Source: Minisyncoccota bacterium
GTDB taxonomy: Bacteria; Patescibacteriota; Minisyncoccia; Phycocordibacterales; UBA6065
Direction of reading: 5' to 3'
DNA length: 64,000 nucleotides
Assembly: GCA_036400935.1 (NCBI GenBank)
Contig: DASWWW010000001.1
Location: 118,375-182,374 of the forward strand
Below are positions 1 to 8,592 of the stretch, piece by piece (within the stretch, counting starts at the first letter, position 1; each line of letters begins with the position of its first letter). The notes under the pieces were generated by a model. That model saw only the letters and a program-made list of their open reading frames with translations, searched no databases and was not told where the DNA came from. A program made the position numbers and the translations under genes.

Positions 1-426
1 GCTCAGGTTCCCGCGCCCTCGAAGTTGATCAATATCTCCGTCCAGGTGCCGATTACCGATGAGTACACCTCGGCAACCGCGGGATTCGTTATCCGCGGCG
101 ATACGGTCAAGAAGGTGCTCATCCGCGCCGTCGGCCCCGGCCTGGCTCCGTTCGGTGTGACCAAGTTCAATCCCGATCCCCGCCTCACCCTGTACAACTC
201 CGCCGGCGCGCAGATCGGCATGAGCGACGACTGGGGCCAGTTCGTCGGTGATGCTGAGGCCACCAGCCGCGTCGCGGCAAGCGTCGGCGCGTTCGCCCTG
301 ACGCCCGGCAGCAATGATGCGGCCCTCGTAGCCAATCTTGGTCCCGGCGCCTACACCGTAAAGGTGGAGGGTGCCCGGAGCGGCGACAAGGGTATCATCC
401 TTATCGAGGCATACGACGCTCCTTGA
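1..426 (+). CDS. 3' end of a secreted repeat protein (PPC-like 'NDDW' beta-sandwich repeat); the 5' end lies outside the window
   Basis: The open frame runs from the window edge. The domain motif (GFVIRGD..KKVLIRAVGPGL..FGV..DPRLTLY....IGMSDDWGQ ... GPGAYTVKVEG..G..ILIEAYD) recurs in 629..1438 and in 23831..24751. A hairpin terminator follows at 438..467. Confidence 0.6.
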   Translation, partial: AQVPAPSKLINISVQVPITDEYTSATAGFVIRGDTVKKVLIRAVGPGLAPFGVTKFNPDPRLTLYNSAGAQIGMSDDWGQFVGDAEATSRVAASVGAFALTPGSNDAALVANLGPGAYTVKVEGARSGDKGIILIEAYDAP

Positions 427-437
427 GAGCGGCGCAA

Positions 438-467
438 GCCCGGTCACAAGTGACCGGGCTTTTTTTC
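438..467 (+). terminator. rho-independent terminator (CCCGGTCAC-AAG-GTGACCGGG plus T7)
   Basis: A perfect 9 bp stem followed by a T-run sits directly after the stop codon at 426. Confidence 0.7.
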
Positions 468-484
468 TTGCCCAAACCATGATA

Positions 485-513
485 TTGACATTTATGTTAT
501 TTTATGCTAATTT
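485..513 (+). promoter_or_regulatory. sigma70-like promoter TTGACA-17-TAATTT
   Basis: A consensus -35 and an AT-rich -10 lie upstream of the 629 start. Confidence 0.45.
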
Positions 514-628
514 CCAGAACGTAAGGCCCAGCAACGGCTTATGCTCTTTAAAATCGACGTACGAAATTTCAGGCAATAGGTTGCCGAAAAAGCGTCTTTG
601 GACAGGAGCTTTGGGAACTGTTTTCTCC

Positions 629-1438
629 ATGAAGATCAAATCGGTCAGCGGCATCATCGCGTGGGCGCTCGCGCTCATTGCTTTCACCAACCTCAATGCG
701 GCGACCACCAGGGTCGTCCACTCAAGCTCAATCATCAGCGAGCGCAGCCCGTTCATGTCCATCACCTTTCAGGTGGCGGACGCTCCAAGGGGCGCACGCA
801 TCCTGATCCAGGCGAAGGGCATCGAGGAGAAGGGGATCGAGGGCAAGCTCGATCCCGAGATCTGGCTCTTCGCGAGCACCAGGCAGGGGCTTCGGCTTAT
901 CTGCGGCAACGACGATTGGCGTCGCGGGTGGGCGTTGGGCGACGTCACAACGCCAGCAACTGTGGACGGGGTGGTCAGCTATCAGGGTATCACCGGCGCG
1001 TCCACGCTCGACCGTACCGACGCCGCGCTCGCCTTGCTGGCGAGCAACGGCGAGTACACCGTGATGGTTTACGGATGGGGAAGCTCTGTTGGCTTGGCCA
1101 ACGTATCCATCTACGAGATCAACGAGGCGCCGAGCGCTCCCCAGATCAGCAGGCTGTTCCAGCCGGTCCTGCCGGTGGGCGACGGCCTGCTGATGGCTGT
1201 AAGGGCGTCCGATCCTGACGGGGACGATGTCGAGATGCTCTATGATCTCGATGGCGACGGCAAGGCGGACTTCGTGTCCACTCGCCTCGCTCCCGACACG
1301 TGGCACTGGCCGAACTTTATCCGGTTCCAGGAGACGGGCACGAAAGTCATCAAGATCTGGGCTCGCGATTCCAAAGGAGCGGTCTCAAATCCGGTTACCA
1401 TTCAGGTTGAAGTCGAGAACAAGCCCGACAAGGGTTAG
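629..1438 (+). CDS. secreted protein with a PPC-like 'NDDW' repeat domain and an Asp-rich (DPDGDD..DLDGDGKAD) Ca-binding-like segment
   Basis: The ATG at 629 starts a signal peptide (MKIKSVSGIIAWALALIAFTNLNA). The ICGNDDWRRGW and GEYTVMVYGWG motifs are paralogous to 1..426 and 23831..24751. The earlier start of the ORF track at 371 overlaps the upstream gene and terminator, so it was rejected. Confidence 0.6.
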   Translation: MKIKSVSGIIAWALALIAFTNLNAATTRVVHSSSIISERSPFMSITFQVADAPRGARILIQAKGIEEKGIEGKLDPEIWLFASTRQGLRLICGNDDWRRGWALGDVTTPATVDGVVSYQGITGASTLDRTDAALALLASNGEYTVMVYGWGSSVGLANVSIYEINEAPSAPQISRLFQPVLPVGDGLLMAVRASDPDGDDVEMLYDLDGDGKADFVSTRLAPDTWHWPNFIRFQETGTKVIKIWARDSKGAVSNPVTIQVEVENKPDKG

Positions 1439-1677
1439 TTCGTTCGTCGCATCGGCCCAAGGCCGCACATTCGTTCATTCGAAAGTGCGGCTTTTTTCTT
1501 GCTGATACCCGCCCTGTTGCGCACCTGTGTATAACTTGTCTTGCGCCCCTTTGCTAAACGCGAGATACTATTCCCGTGAGTCTCTGAAAAGAACTCGCCC
1601 AAACACTTTGAACTCGTTAGAGTAGTTGGGCGAGTTTTTGTTTTTTATAAATGCGGTTTTATTTAAATAAGTAGCAC

Positions 1678-4524
1678 ATGTCAAAGAAGATCGTAGTCGG
1701 CCTTGTAGCAGCATTGTTCATTTTCGGAGCTTCATTCGGTACGGTACGTGCGCAGGAGGCCCAGTCGGGCATCAGCTTCGCTCAGCTCATCGAGCTTCTC
1801 ATCGGCTCGGGCTTGATCGCGCCTGAGAGGGCAGCGAATGCCCGCGCCATGATCTCATCCCAGCCTTTGCCCGTAGGATACGTCGCGTCTCCTGCCTATG
1901 CCACGACGACTATCGGCACCTCGACCGTCGCTACTTCGACCGGCCCTATGGTCGACCTCAAGGTCAGCGGTCTCGACAGCGTAAGCGTAAACAACCGAAC
2001 TACCGTCCGGGTATCTTGGACATCGACCGGCACCCGATCGTGTAATGCAAGCGGATCCTTGCTTTCTATCGCGAACGGGGGACAGTGGGGCTACAACGGC
2101 CTCCTCGGAACTTCGGGCAGCGAGCTGCTCGTCGCGGCGACCTCGGGCTCGCTCCCTTCGACAGTGATCGTAGGCATCCAGTGTTTCACTAATACGGGAA
2201 GCTCCGTTAGCGACAGCGTGCCCGTGACAATTACCGCTTCTGGCAATCTTACGACCGGCACTACCTCGGTCGCGAGCAATCCTTTCGTCGTAACATATCC
2301 GACGAGCGCAAATACTCTTTACATCGGGCCGACTCACACCGTCGTCTTCCGCGGCGGCGACTCCGACGTCCGCAGCTATTCCGTGTATCTCGTCGGCGGC
2401 GCCCTTGGGTCTACCGGTTCACGGTACCTCGGCACCGCATATCCCCAGACGCCTGGAGGAGCTGGAACCTTTGCGATCGTCATTCCTTCGGACATTCAGC
2501 CGGGCAATGGTTATCAGATCCAATTCAGCGGCGCTCGAGCTTCGGGAGGAAACAGCGCCTCATTCGGAATCGTTCGTCCTCCTCAGAATACTATCGCCTC
2601 GAGCACGATCTGGGACATAAATAATCGCGCGGCATCCGGCGTTCAGATCGCTGACGGCACAATCTCAGCAAATATCGCGGGCGCATCTACCATTCAGGTA
2701 AATGCGGGAGACAGCATGACGACCCTCGCAAGGATAAATATCTCTGCGGCAGGATCGGACGTGAGCATCCAGAGAATCAAGATGAATCTCGGATCGGTTT
2801 CTCCTTACAACAAGGTATTCAAGACCATATACTTCACCGATTCGAACGGAACGGTTCTCGCACAGGCGGACATAAACGCGAACACTGTTCCATTAGACGG
2901 CGGAAGCTATACATTGAACCTCGGAGGCTTCAGCAAGAACGTCTCAAGGAATACGACCCATACTTTCAACATAAAGGCGGATATCTATTCTTCTATTCCG
3001 TCGGCCAATCAGGGATACCAGACCATCTCTGTCGGTGCGAGCGGCATTCGAGGAATGGACGCTTCGGGAATAGACCGATACGCTCCCGCATCAGGTATAA
3101 GCCAGACGCTCAACGTCATCGGCGCTCCGATCTCGCCGGTTAGCCTTGTGAACGGCATCACTTATTCGTCTGTTCCTTCATCGGTCGTAGCCGGCTCGAC
3201 ATTCAATGTCACGATCGCGAACTCGGGGACAAAGCAGTGGGGAGCATGGCACGATATCGCGATCTCGGCTAACGACCTCTCCTTCAATACCCAGATGGTC
3301 ACGCTCAGCAGCACTCCTGTCGGATCGTCTAAGACAGTTACCTTCACCGCGCCTACGACTCCGGGTACCTACAAGATCCGCGCGGTAGAGCAGGGCGTCG
3401 AGTGGTTCGGCGGAACTCGATCCTTTACAGTCACCTCGTCGAATACTCAGACTCAGTCTCGACCGATCTCAGGATCTCTCTCGGTCGCATCTACTTGCGT
3501 TGTTCCCGGAGCAAGCTTCAACGTGCAGGGATCGGTTGCGGGCGACGGAGTGAATTCCGTAGTCCTTGAAAAGGACAGCAACCAGGACGGCGTCTTTGGT
3601 ACGGCTGCTACATGGGGATCGACAGGGGGCTCTTTCAATTCTAACGAAGGCGGTTCATACAGCGGGCGCCTCGATTTCAGGCTCGTGGTGAACGGCACTG
3701 TCAGGGATTCAAAGAGTGTCACCGTCTCGACTGCCTGCGGACCGCAGACTCAGCAGTACAGCCAGTCGTGCGCCGGCACCCAGCCTTCAGGCGAGGGAGT
3801 GGTAAAGGGATACTCTTCATACACTTCAGGCTATGGCACCACCAATTGGACATTCGTCTCGGCTAACCCTCAGGCCTGCCAGTGGTCATGTGCGAGCGGA
3901 TACGGCGTGACGGGCAATACCTGCCAGCCGACTACCCAGACTTCGCAGCCTGCTCAGATCACCTATCAGGCATGTTCGGGAACTGAGCCTTCAGGATCAA
4001 ACGTAACAAAGGGCGGCGGCATGTACTCGACCGGCTACGGCACTACAAACTGGACCTACGTCTCTAGCAACCCTCAGGCCTGCCAGTTCACATGTTCGGG
4101 CGGCGCGACATGGAACGGAGCGGCTTGCGTACTGCCAACCCCTACGGTCTCTTTGACCGCGGATACGAGCTGCGCGGTTCCGGGCTCGACCATTACCGTC
4201 ACAAGCTACGTGACCGGTTCGCCAATCACATCTAACTATATAGAGAGGGATACCCCTGCGGAGAATTCCCAGTACGGAGATGGTATATTCGGCGGAAAGG
4301 CTGACTACGGTACTTCGGGAGGCTCTCACAGCTACTCTCAGACTACCGAAAGGGAGGGCTACTACGACTTCAAGGCCGTTGTGAACAACAGCATCACGTC
4401 ATCGGTTCGCGTCTACGCCTCGCAGTCTTGCGGACAGTCATCGGCGGCGCCGGCCATGACTAACCTCGGATCGGCTATTGTAGGCTTTGATTCTCTGGTA
4501 AGGCTCCTTGAATTATTAAAATAA
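1678..4524 (+). CDS. large secreted cell-surface protein (948 aa); Ser/Thr/Gly-rich with several internal Cys-bounded repeats
   Basis: It has a signal peptide and a conserved post-signal module (SFAQLIELLIGSGLIAPERAANARAMI) shared with the 6418 protein. It carries two roughly 90 aa repeats (CVVPGASFNV...LEKDSNQDGVFG...CGP and CAVPGSTITV...CGQ) that are homologous to repeats in 38231..39589, and two roughly 55 aa repeats (CAGTQPSGEG...YGTTNWTFVS.NPQACQW.C). Confidence 0.75.
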   Translation: MSKKIVVGLVAALFIFGASFGTVRAQEAQSGISFAQLIELLIGSGLIAPERAANARAMISSQPLPVGYVASPAYATTTIGTSTVATSTGPMVDLKVSGLDSVSVNNRTTVRVSWTSTGTRSCNASGSLLSIANGGQWGYNGLLGTSGSELLVAATSGSLPSTVIVGIQCFTNTGSSVSDSVPVTITASGNLTTGTTSVASNPFVVTYPTSANTLYIGPTHTVVFRGGDSDVRSYSVYLVGGALGSTGSRYLGTAYPQTPGGAGTFAIVIPSDIQPGNGYQIQFSGARASGGNSASFGIVRPPQNTIASSTIWDINNRAASGVQIADGTISANIAGASTIQVNAGDSMTTLARINISAAGSDVSIQRIKMNLGSVSPYNKVFKTIYFTDSNGTVLAQADINANTVPLDGGSYTLNLGGFSKNVSRNTTHTFNIKADIYSSIPSANQGYQTISVGASGIRGMDASGIDRYAPASGISQTLNVIGAPISPVSLVNGITYSSVPSSVVAGSTFNVTIANSGTKQWGAWHDIAISANDLSFNTQMVTLSSTPVGSSKTVTFTAPTTPGTYKIRAVEQGVEWFGGTRSFTVTSSNTQTQSRPISGSLSVASTCVVPGASFNVQGSVAGDGVNSVVLEKDSNQDGVFGTAATWGSTGGSFNSNEGGSYSGRLDFRLVVNGTVRDSKSVTVSTACGPQTQQYSQSCAGTQPSGEGVVKGYSSYTSGYGTTNWTFVSANPQACQWSCASGYGVTGNTCQPTTQTSQPAQITYQACSGTEPSGSNVTKGGGMYSTGYGTTNWTYVSSNPQACQFTCSGGATWNGAACVLPTPTVSLTADTSCAVPGSTITVTSYVTGSPITSNYIERDTPAENSQYGDGIFGGKADYGTSGGSHSYSQTTEREGYYDFKAVVNNSITSSVRVYASQSCGQSSAAPAMTNLGSAIVGFDSLVRLLELLK

Positions 4525-4539
4525 GGAGCGTATAGAGCA

Positions 4540-4576
4540 GGAAATGCCGCGGGCGCGTAGCGCCCGCGGCATTTCC
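4540..4576 (+). terminator. long perfect hairpin (GGAAATGCCGCGGGCGC / GCGCCCGCGGCATTTCC)
   Basis: A 17 bp inverted repeat lies immediately after the stop at 4524. The T-tract is weak, so it may act as a stabiliser or terminator. Confidence 0.5.
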
Positions 4577-4578
4577 GT

Positions 4579-4606
4579 TTGACTTTGGTTTCCGCTCTGC
4601 TATTAT
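4579..4606 (+). promoter_or_regulatory. sigma70-like promoter TTGACT-16-TATTAT upstream of tuf
   Basis: It is a consensus-like hexamer pair. A roughly 140 nt 5' UTR then leads to an AGGAGG RBS at about 4726. Confidence 0.5.
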
Positions 4607-4744
4607 ACGGTGTACGCATTTTGCGACCTTTTTCATTACCTTTGTAAGTTATTGAAAGAGTTTAAAAGCTTAGAACATTAATTTTTAAGCACCCTGGATT
4701 TGCAACCATCTCGCGCGCAGATCTAGGAGGCTTACCAAAACGTT

Positions 4745-5938
4745 ATGGCAGAATTTGCACGAACAAAGCCTCACGTAAACGTAGGAACCATCGGTCACGT
4801 CGACCACGGAAAGACTACGCTTACTACGGCTATTCTCGCGACTCAGGCTCGCGACGGTCTCGCAGTAGGTAAGGCATACGCCGACATTGCAAAGGGAGGT
4901 ACGGTCCGCGACGCATCTAAGGTCGTTACCATCTCTCTCGCGCACGTAGAGTACGAGTCAAACACTCGACACTACGCTCACATCGACGCCCCTGGTCACG
5001 CCGACTACATTAAGAACATGATTACCGGTGCCGCTCAGATGGACGGCGCTATCCTCGTGGTATCTGCGATTGACGGCCCAATGCCACAGACTCGAGAGCA
5101 TATCCTCCTCGCAAAGCAGGTTGGAGTGCCAAAGATCGTGGTTTTCCTCAACAAGTGCGACGCGGTAGAGGACAAGGATCTCATCGACCTCGTTGAGGGC
5201 GAAGTCCGAGACCTCCTCACCAAGTACGGCTACGACGGCGCAAACACTCCAGTTATCCGCGGATCGGCCCTCAAGGCCCTCGAAGCGGCTAACAACACCG
5301 ACGAGTGGGCAATGAAGGTCAAGGACCTCATGAACACTCTCGACTCTTACATCCCTATGCCAGAGCGAGCTACGGACAAGCCTTTCCTTATGCCTATCGA
5401 GGACATCTTCTCGATCGAAGGACGAGGAACCGTGGTTACGGGACGAATCGAGCGAGGACAGATCAAGGTCGGTGAGGAAGTCGAGATCATCGGTATCAAC
5501 CCGACATCAAAGACAACCATCACTGGTATCGAAATGTTCAACAAGCAGCTCCAGTCCGGTATGGCAGGAGACAACGCAGGACTCCTCCTCCGAGGTACTG
5601 CAAAGGACGCGGTTACTCGCGGACAGGTTCTCGCAAAGGCGGGATCTGTTACTCCTCACACAGAGTTCGAGGCTGAGGTTCTCATCCTCAAGAAGGAAGA
5701 GGGAGGCCGACATACCCCATTCTTCAACGGCTACAAGCCACAGTTCTACGTTCGAACTACGGACGTTACTGGTGAGGTAACCCTCGCCCCTGGAGTAGAG
5801 ATGGTTATGCCTGGAGATACCGTTACCTTCAAGGTAAAGCTCCACGCTCCTATCGCCCTTGAGGACAAGCAGCGCTTCGCTATCCGAGAAGGAGGCAAGA
5901 CTGTCGGAGCAGGCGTCGTAACCAAGATCATCGCGTAA
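4745..5938 (+). CDS. tuf: elongation factor Tu
   Basis: It has the [11 protein letters not shown]-loop, DCPGHADY and NKCD motifs over its full length, and an AGGAGG RBS. Confidence 0.97.
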   Translation: MAEFARTKPHVNVGTIGHVDHGKTTLTTAILATQARDGLAVGKAYADIAKGGTVRDASKVVTISLAHVEYESNTRHYAHIDAPGHADYIKNMITGAAQMDGAILVVSAIDGPMPQTREHILLAKQVGVPKIVVFLNKCDAVEDKDLIDLVEGEVRDLLTKYGYDGANTPVIRGSALKALEAANNTDEWAMKVKDLMNTLDSYIPMPERATDKPFLMPIEDIFSIEGRGTVVTGRIERGQIKVGEEVEIIGINPTSKTTITGIEMFNKQLQSGMAGDNAGLLLRGTAKDAVTRGQVLAKAGSVTPHTEFEAEVLILKKEEGGRHTPFFNGYKPQFYVRTTDVTGEVTLAPGVEMVMPGDTVTFKVKLHAPIALEDKQRFAIREGGKTVGAGVVTKIIA

Positions 5939-5981
5939 AAGCTTGCTAAATCGGACAAAATAAGTAGACTGAACATTATAT

Positions 5982-6350
5982 ATGGCAGAAGCAACAACAA
6001 AGAAGAAAGTAGTGAAGGCAAAGGCAGCTCCAAAGGCTGATGCGTCTCCACGACTTCGCATCCGTGTCCGAGCGTACGAGAGCAAGATTCTCGACGCTTC
6101 GGTCAAGCAGATCATAGACACGGCTCTCCGCTATGATGTCCAGGTTCTCGGTCCGGTACCGCTCCCTACGGAGATCAAGAAATATACGGTGAACCGCTCG
6201 TCGTTCGTGTATAAAAATGCGCGAGAGCAGTTTGAGATGCGAGTGCACAAGCGCCTCATCGATATCTTGAATCCTAACGCAAAGATCATCGAAGCCCTTA
6301 CGAATATGTCATTGCCATCAGGCGTGAACATCGACGTAAAGATGATTTAA
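5982..6350 (+). CDS. rpsJ: 30S ribosomal protein S10 with a Lys/Ala-rich N-terminal extension
   Basis: The S10 core (RIRVRAYESKILD...) is present. Confidence 0.93.
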   Translation: MAEATTKKKVVKAKAAPKADASPRLRIRVRAYESKILDASVKQIIDTALRYDVQVLGPVPLPTEIKKYTVNRSSFVYKNAREQFEMRVHKRLIDILNPNAKIIEALTNMSLPSGVNIDVKMI

Positions 6351-6354
6351 GAAA

Positions 6355-6390
6355 AAGCAAAAGCCCGCCGCAAGGCGGGCTTTTGCTTTT
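6355..6390 (+). terminator. rho-independent terminator after rpsJ
   Basis: The hairpin GCAAAAGCCCGCC-GCAA-GGCGGGCTTTTGC is followed by a T-run. Confidence 0.7.
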
Positions 6391-6417
6391 GGCGGATACT
6401 CGGCGTATGCTTGCCTT

Positions 6418-8004
6418 ATGACTAAGAAAATCATCGTCTCGGCCCTTTTCGCAGCCGTACTCTTGGGCGGAGTCCAGAGAGCGGAAGCAATGTCTTTCTC
6501 GGAGCTTATTGAGTTTCTTATAAACGCCGGAATTATAGCGCAGAATAAGGCTGCCGAAGCTCGCGCGGCCATAGCCGTAGGCACGGGTCAGCAGTCGAAC
6601 TGCCATATGTTCAATTCGAACTTTGGGGTAGGGTCGGGCGGGCCGGACGTAGCCGCCTTGGGCAAGATCCTTGCCAAGGAGGGGCTGCGTAGCGTTGCTG
6701 GCAATTCCTATGATGAGGAAATGGCCGCTTCAGTCGTGAGCTTTCAGGCGCGCTACGGCATACCATCGACAGGATATGTTGGTCCGCTTACTAGGGCGCA
6801 TCTCAATCAGGTGTCGTGCTCGCCTGCGTCGAGCTCGAAATCTGCGCCAGCGGCCAGTTCGATCCCTGCTTCTGTTCCAGCAAAGCCGGCGGCCACTATC
6901 ATTTCCGCTCCGGTCGTGCTCGCGCCCGCGCCGGGCAGCGTTTGGGACGTAAACGGGAACTATACCGTCAAAATCCAGTTTCCATCGCAAGAATCGGGAA
7001 AAGTCGCGAAGCTTGGCCTAAGCATTTGCCCCGCAACATTTGGCAGCTGTTACATTTTGGAATCGTATGACTCGAGGCTGCCTCTCGGTCAGAATCCCAT
7101 AGCCGAAGTCCCATGGTCCTCGATCAGGGAAATGAATACGAGCATTGCTCCTGGAAAGTACAAGCTTGCCGTCGTCGTGAACGATTCCGATCACTACAAC
7201 AACATATCGGTTGATGGCGGGGAATTCACCGTGACCGGCAGCTTTACACGGCAGGCTTCGCAACAGCCGCAGCCTTCTGGTGACTCGAGCTCGATGGCAC
7301 AGGACTGGTCGGCAACGTCGTTTGTTGGATACTCTCTCGTGAGGGACCTTTCGATTGGTTCTTTGGGGCGCGACGTCGCAATCCTCCAGGATTTTCTTTG
7401 GACAAAATCTTTCTTGCAGATGAGTTCCGGCGTCGTGCACGGCTCTTTTGATCAGGCTACGGCCGATGCGCTTTCCAGGTACCAGGTTTCTGTTGGACTC
7501 TCAGCAAGCGGTTCCGTAGGATCTCTTACGAGGGCGTCTCTCAATACGGCTTTTACATCACAGGCCCCCAATTCTGTTGCCGTTCCCGCTTCAAATCCAG
7601 CAAGCAGTCCGATGCCGCAGGTGTCATGTCCTCAGTCCGTGAGTCTCCCGGGATTTACGCTCACCCTTGAGCCGTGTGAGATTGTTAATGCTTCCTTGAC
7701 CGACGAGCAAGGGGATTTGAAGTTCAAGGTAAGGATCACCGCGAGCGATCCGGGCGCTTCTTTTTCCTTCTATGCATCCTATGCCTCAACTGTCGGTTTT
7801 CCGCCCTATTCGGTTTTGATGGGATCGGGCGCCACTGTGGGCGGCGCAGAATTCGACCTGACTTTCGTTGAAGGTATGCTTTCGGCTAACGGATCTGAGC
7901 CGCGAACATATAGCGGCTATTTGCCAATAACCGTCCTCGATCCCAAGGAGAACAAAGCTTATCTTTATATGAGGCTCAACCTTACGGTAAATCCTGCGAA
8001 CTAG
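6418..8004 (+). CDS. secreted protein with two PG_binding_1 (peptidoglycan-binding) domains, inserted between rpsJ and rplC
   Basis: It has a signal peptide and a conserved N-terminal module (SFSELIEFLINAGIIAQNKAAEARAAI). It also has PG-binding-like segments (GPDVAALGKILAKEGL...GYVGPLTRAHL and GRDVAILQDFLW...VGSLTRASL). Confidence 0.75.
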   Translation: MTKKIIVSALFAAVLLGGVQRAEAMSFSELIEFLINAGIIAQNKAAEARAAIAVGTGQQSNCHMFNSNFGVGSGGPDVAALGKILAKEGLRSVAGNSYDEEMAASVVSFQARYGIPSTGYVGPLTRAHLNQVSCSPASSSKSAPAASSIPASVPAKPAATIISAPVVLAPAPGSVWDVNGNYTVKIQFPSQESGKVAKLGLSICPATFGSCYILESYDSRLPLGQNPIAEVPWSSIREMNTSIAPGKYKLAVVVNDSDHYNNISVDGGEFTVTGSFTRQASQQPQPSGDSSSMAQDWSATSFVGYSLVRDLSIGSLGRDVAILQDFLWTKSFLQMSSGVVHGSFDQATADALSRYQVSVGLSASGSVGSLTRASLNTAFTSQAPNSVAVPASNPASSPMPQVSCPQSVSLPGFTLTLEPCEIVNASLTDEQGDLKFKVRITASDPGASFSFYASYASTVGFPPYSVLMGSGATVGGAEFDLTFVEGMLSANGSEPRTYSGYLPITVLDPKENKAYLYMRLNLTVNPAN

Positions 8005-8010
8005 TTTGAG

Positions 8011-8040
8011 AAAGCCGCCCGCAAGAGCGGCTTTTTCTTT
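8011..8040 (+). terminator. rho-independent terminator
   Basis: The hairpin AAAGCCGCCCGCAAGAGCGGCTTTTT follows the stop. Confidence 0.7.
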
Positions 8041-8066
8041 GACAAATGCTGCTAGAAGAGTAGTCT
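8039..8066 (+). promoter_or_regulatory. promoter-like TTGACA-16-TAGTCT
   Basis: It lies upstream of the ATG at 8079. Confidence 0.35.
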
Positions 8067-8078
8067 ACATACCGGCAC

Positions 8079-8447
8079 ATGAAGCAAAAAATAGCGGTCA
8101 TTGACTACCAATTGGGTCGGCTCGAGCCTCTGCGCCAGCTGCTCGCAGGCGCTGGGTATGAGGTGCTCCCGATCCTTATCGAGGAGGGAACGTACTACGA
8201 ATCGATAAATAAGGTAAAGGTGTTCGGTCCGGATCTTATCCTGACGGTGCATGTCCTCGGTATCGACGGCGTGAACGGCAGCCACGTATCGCGTGCGCTC
8301 GACTTGCCCAAAACCAGGCTCGTGGGCACTGACGAAAGCAAGGTGGCACAGCCGTACTGCGCGGCACGGTTCGATATCAAGGGCGTGCACGCTTCGGACA
8401 GTTCCAAGCGCAAGTTCATAGCCTTCATCAAAGCGGCCCTCTCCTAA
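8079..8447 (+). CDS. small CheY-like pseudo-receiver domain protein that lacks the phospho-acceptor Asp
   Basis: It has a receiver-like beta-alpha pattern (KIAVIDYQ...GPDLILTVHVLGIDG...LVGTDES...K). The position aligned with CheY D57 is Val, and the acidic pair is DY instead of DD. A terminator hairpin at 8433..8464 overlaps the stop. Confidence 0.5.
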   Translation: MKQKIAVIDYQLGRLEPLRQLLAGAGYEVLPILIEEGTYYESINKVKVFGPDLILTVHVLGIDGVNGSHVSRALDLPKTRLVGTDESKVAQPYCAARFDIKGVHASDSSKRKFIAFIKAALS

Positions 8448-8473
8448 AGGGGCCGCTTTTTTCTTGCCGAATC

Positions 8474-8502
8474 TTGCATAATCCGCCCTTTTGAGGTAAT
8501 AT
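8474..8502 (+). promoter_or_regulatory. sigma70-like promoter TTGCAT-17-TAATAT followed by a roughly 90 nt leader upstream of rplC
   Basis: Hexamers and spacing are consensus-like. The leader may be an r-protein autoregulatory target. Confidence 0.5.
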
Positions 8503-8592
8503 CTTTGCCACTGAAGCAAGGGGCTTCTGGTCAGTTTTAATAGGTCAGTTAAGAGAGCCTACGGAGTCTCATACTCCGCGCTCGTCCAAACA

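Noticed and set aside
371-628. Upstream extension of ORF 371..1438
   Set aside because: It would overlap the preceding gene's 3' end, a strong terminator and a promoter. The ATG at 629 begins a canonical signal peptide.
598-1306. ORFs 598..1218 (+) and 728..1306 (-) overlapping the 629..1438 gene
   Set aside because: They are alternate-frame and antisense ORFs typical of GC-rich coding sequence. The translations are Arg/Gly/His-rich and low-complexity, while the 629..1438 frame has a signal peptide and a paralogous domain.
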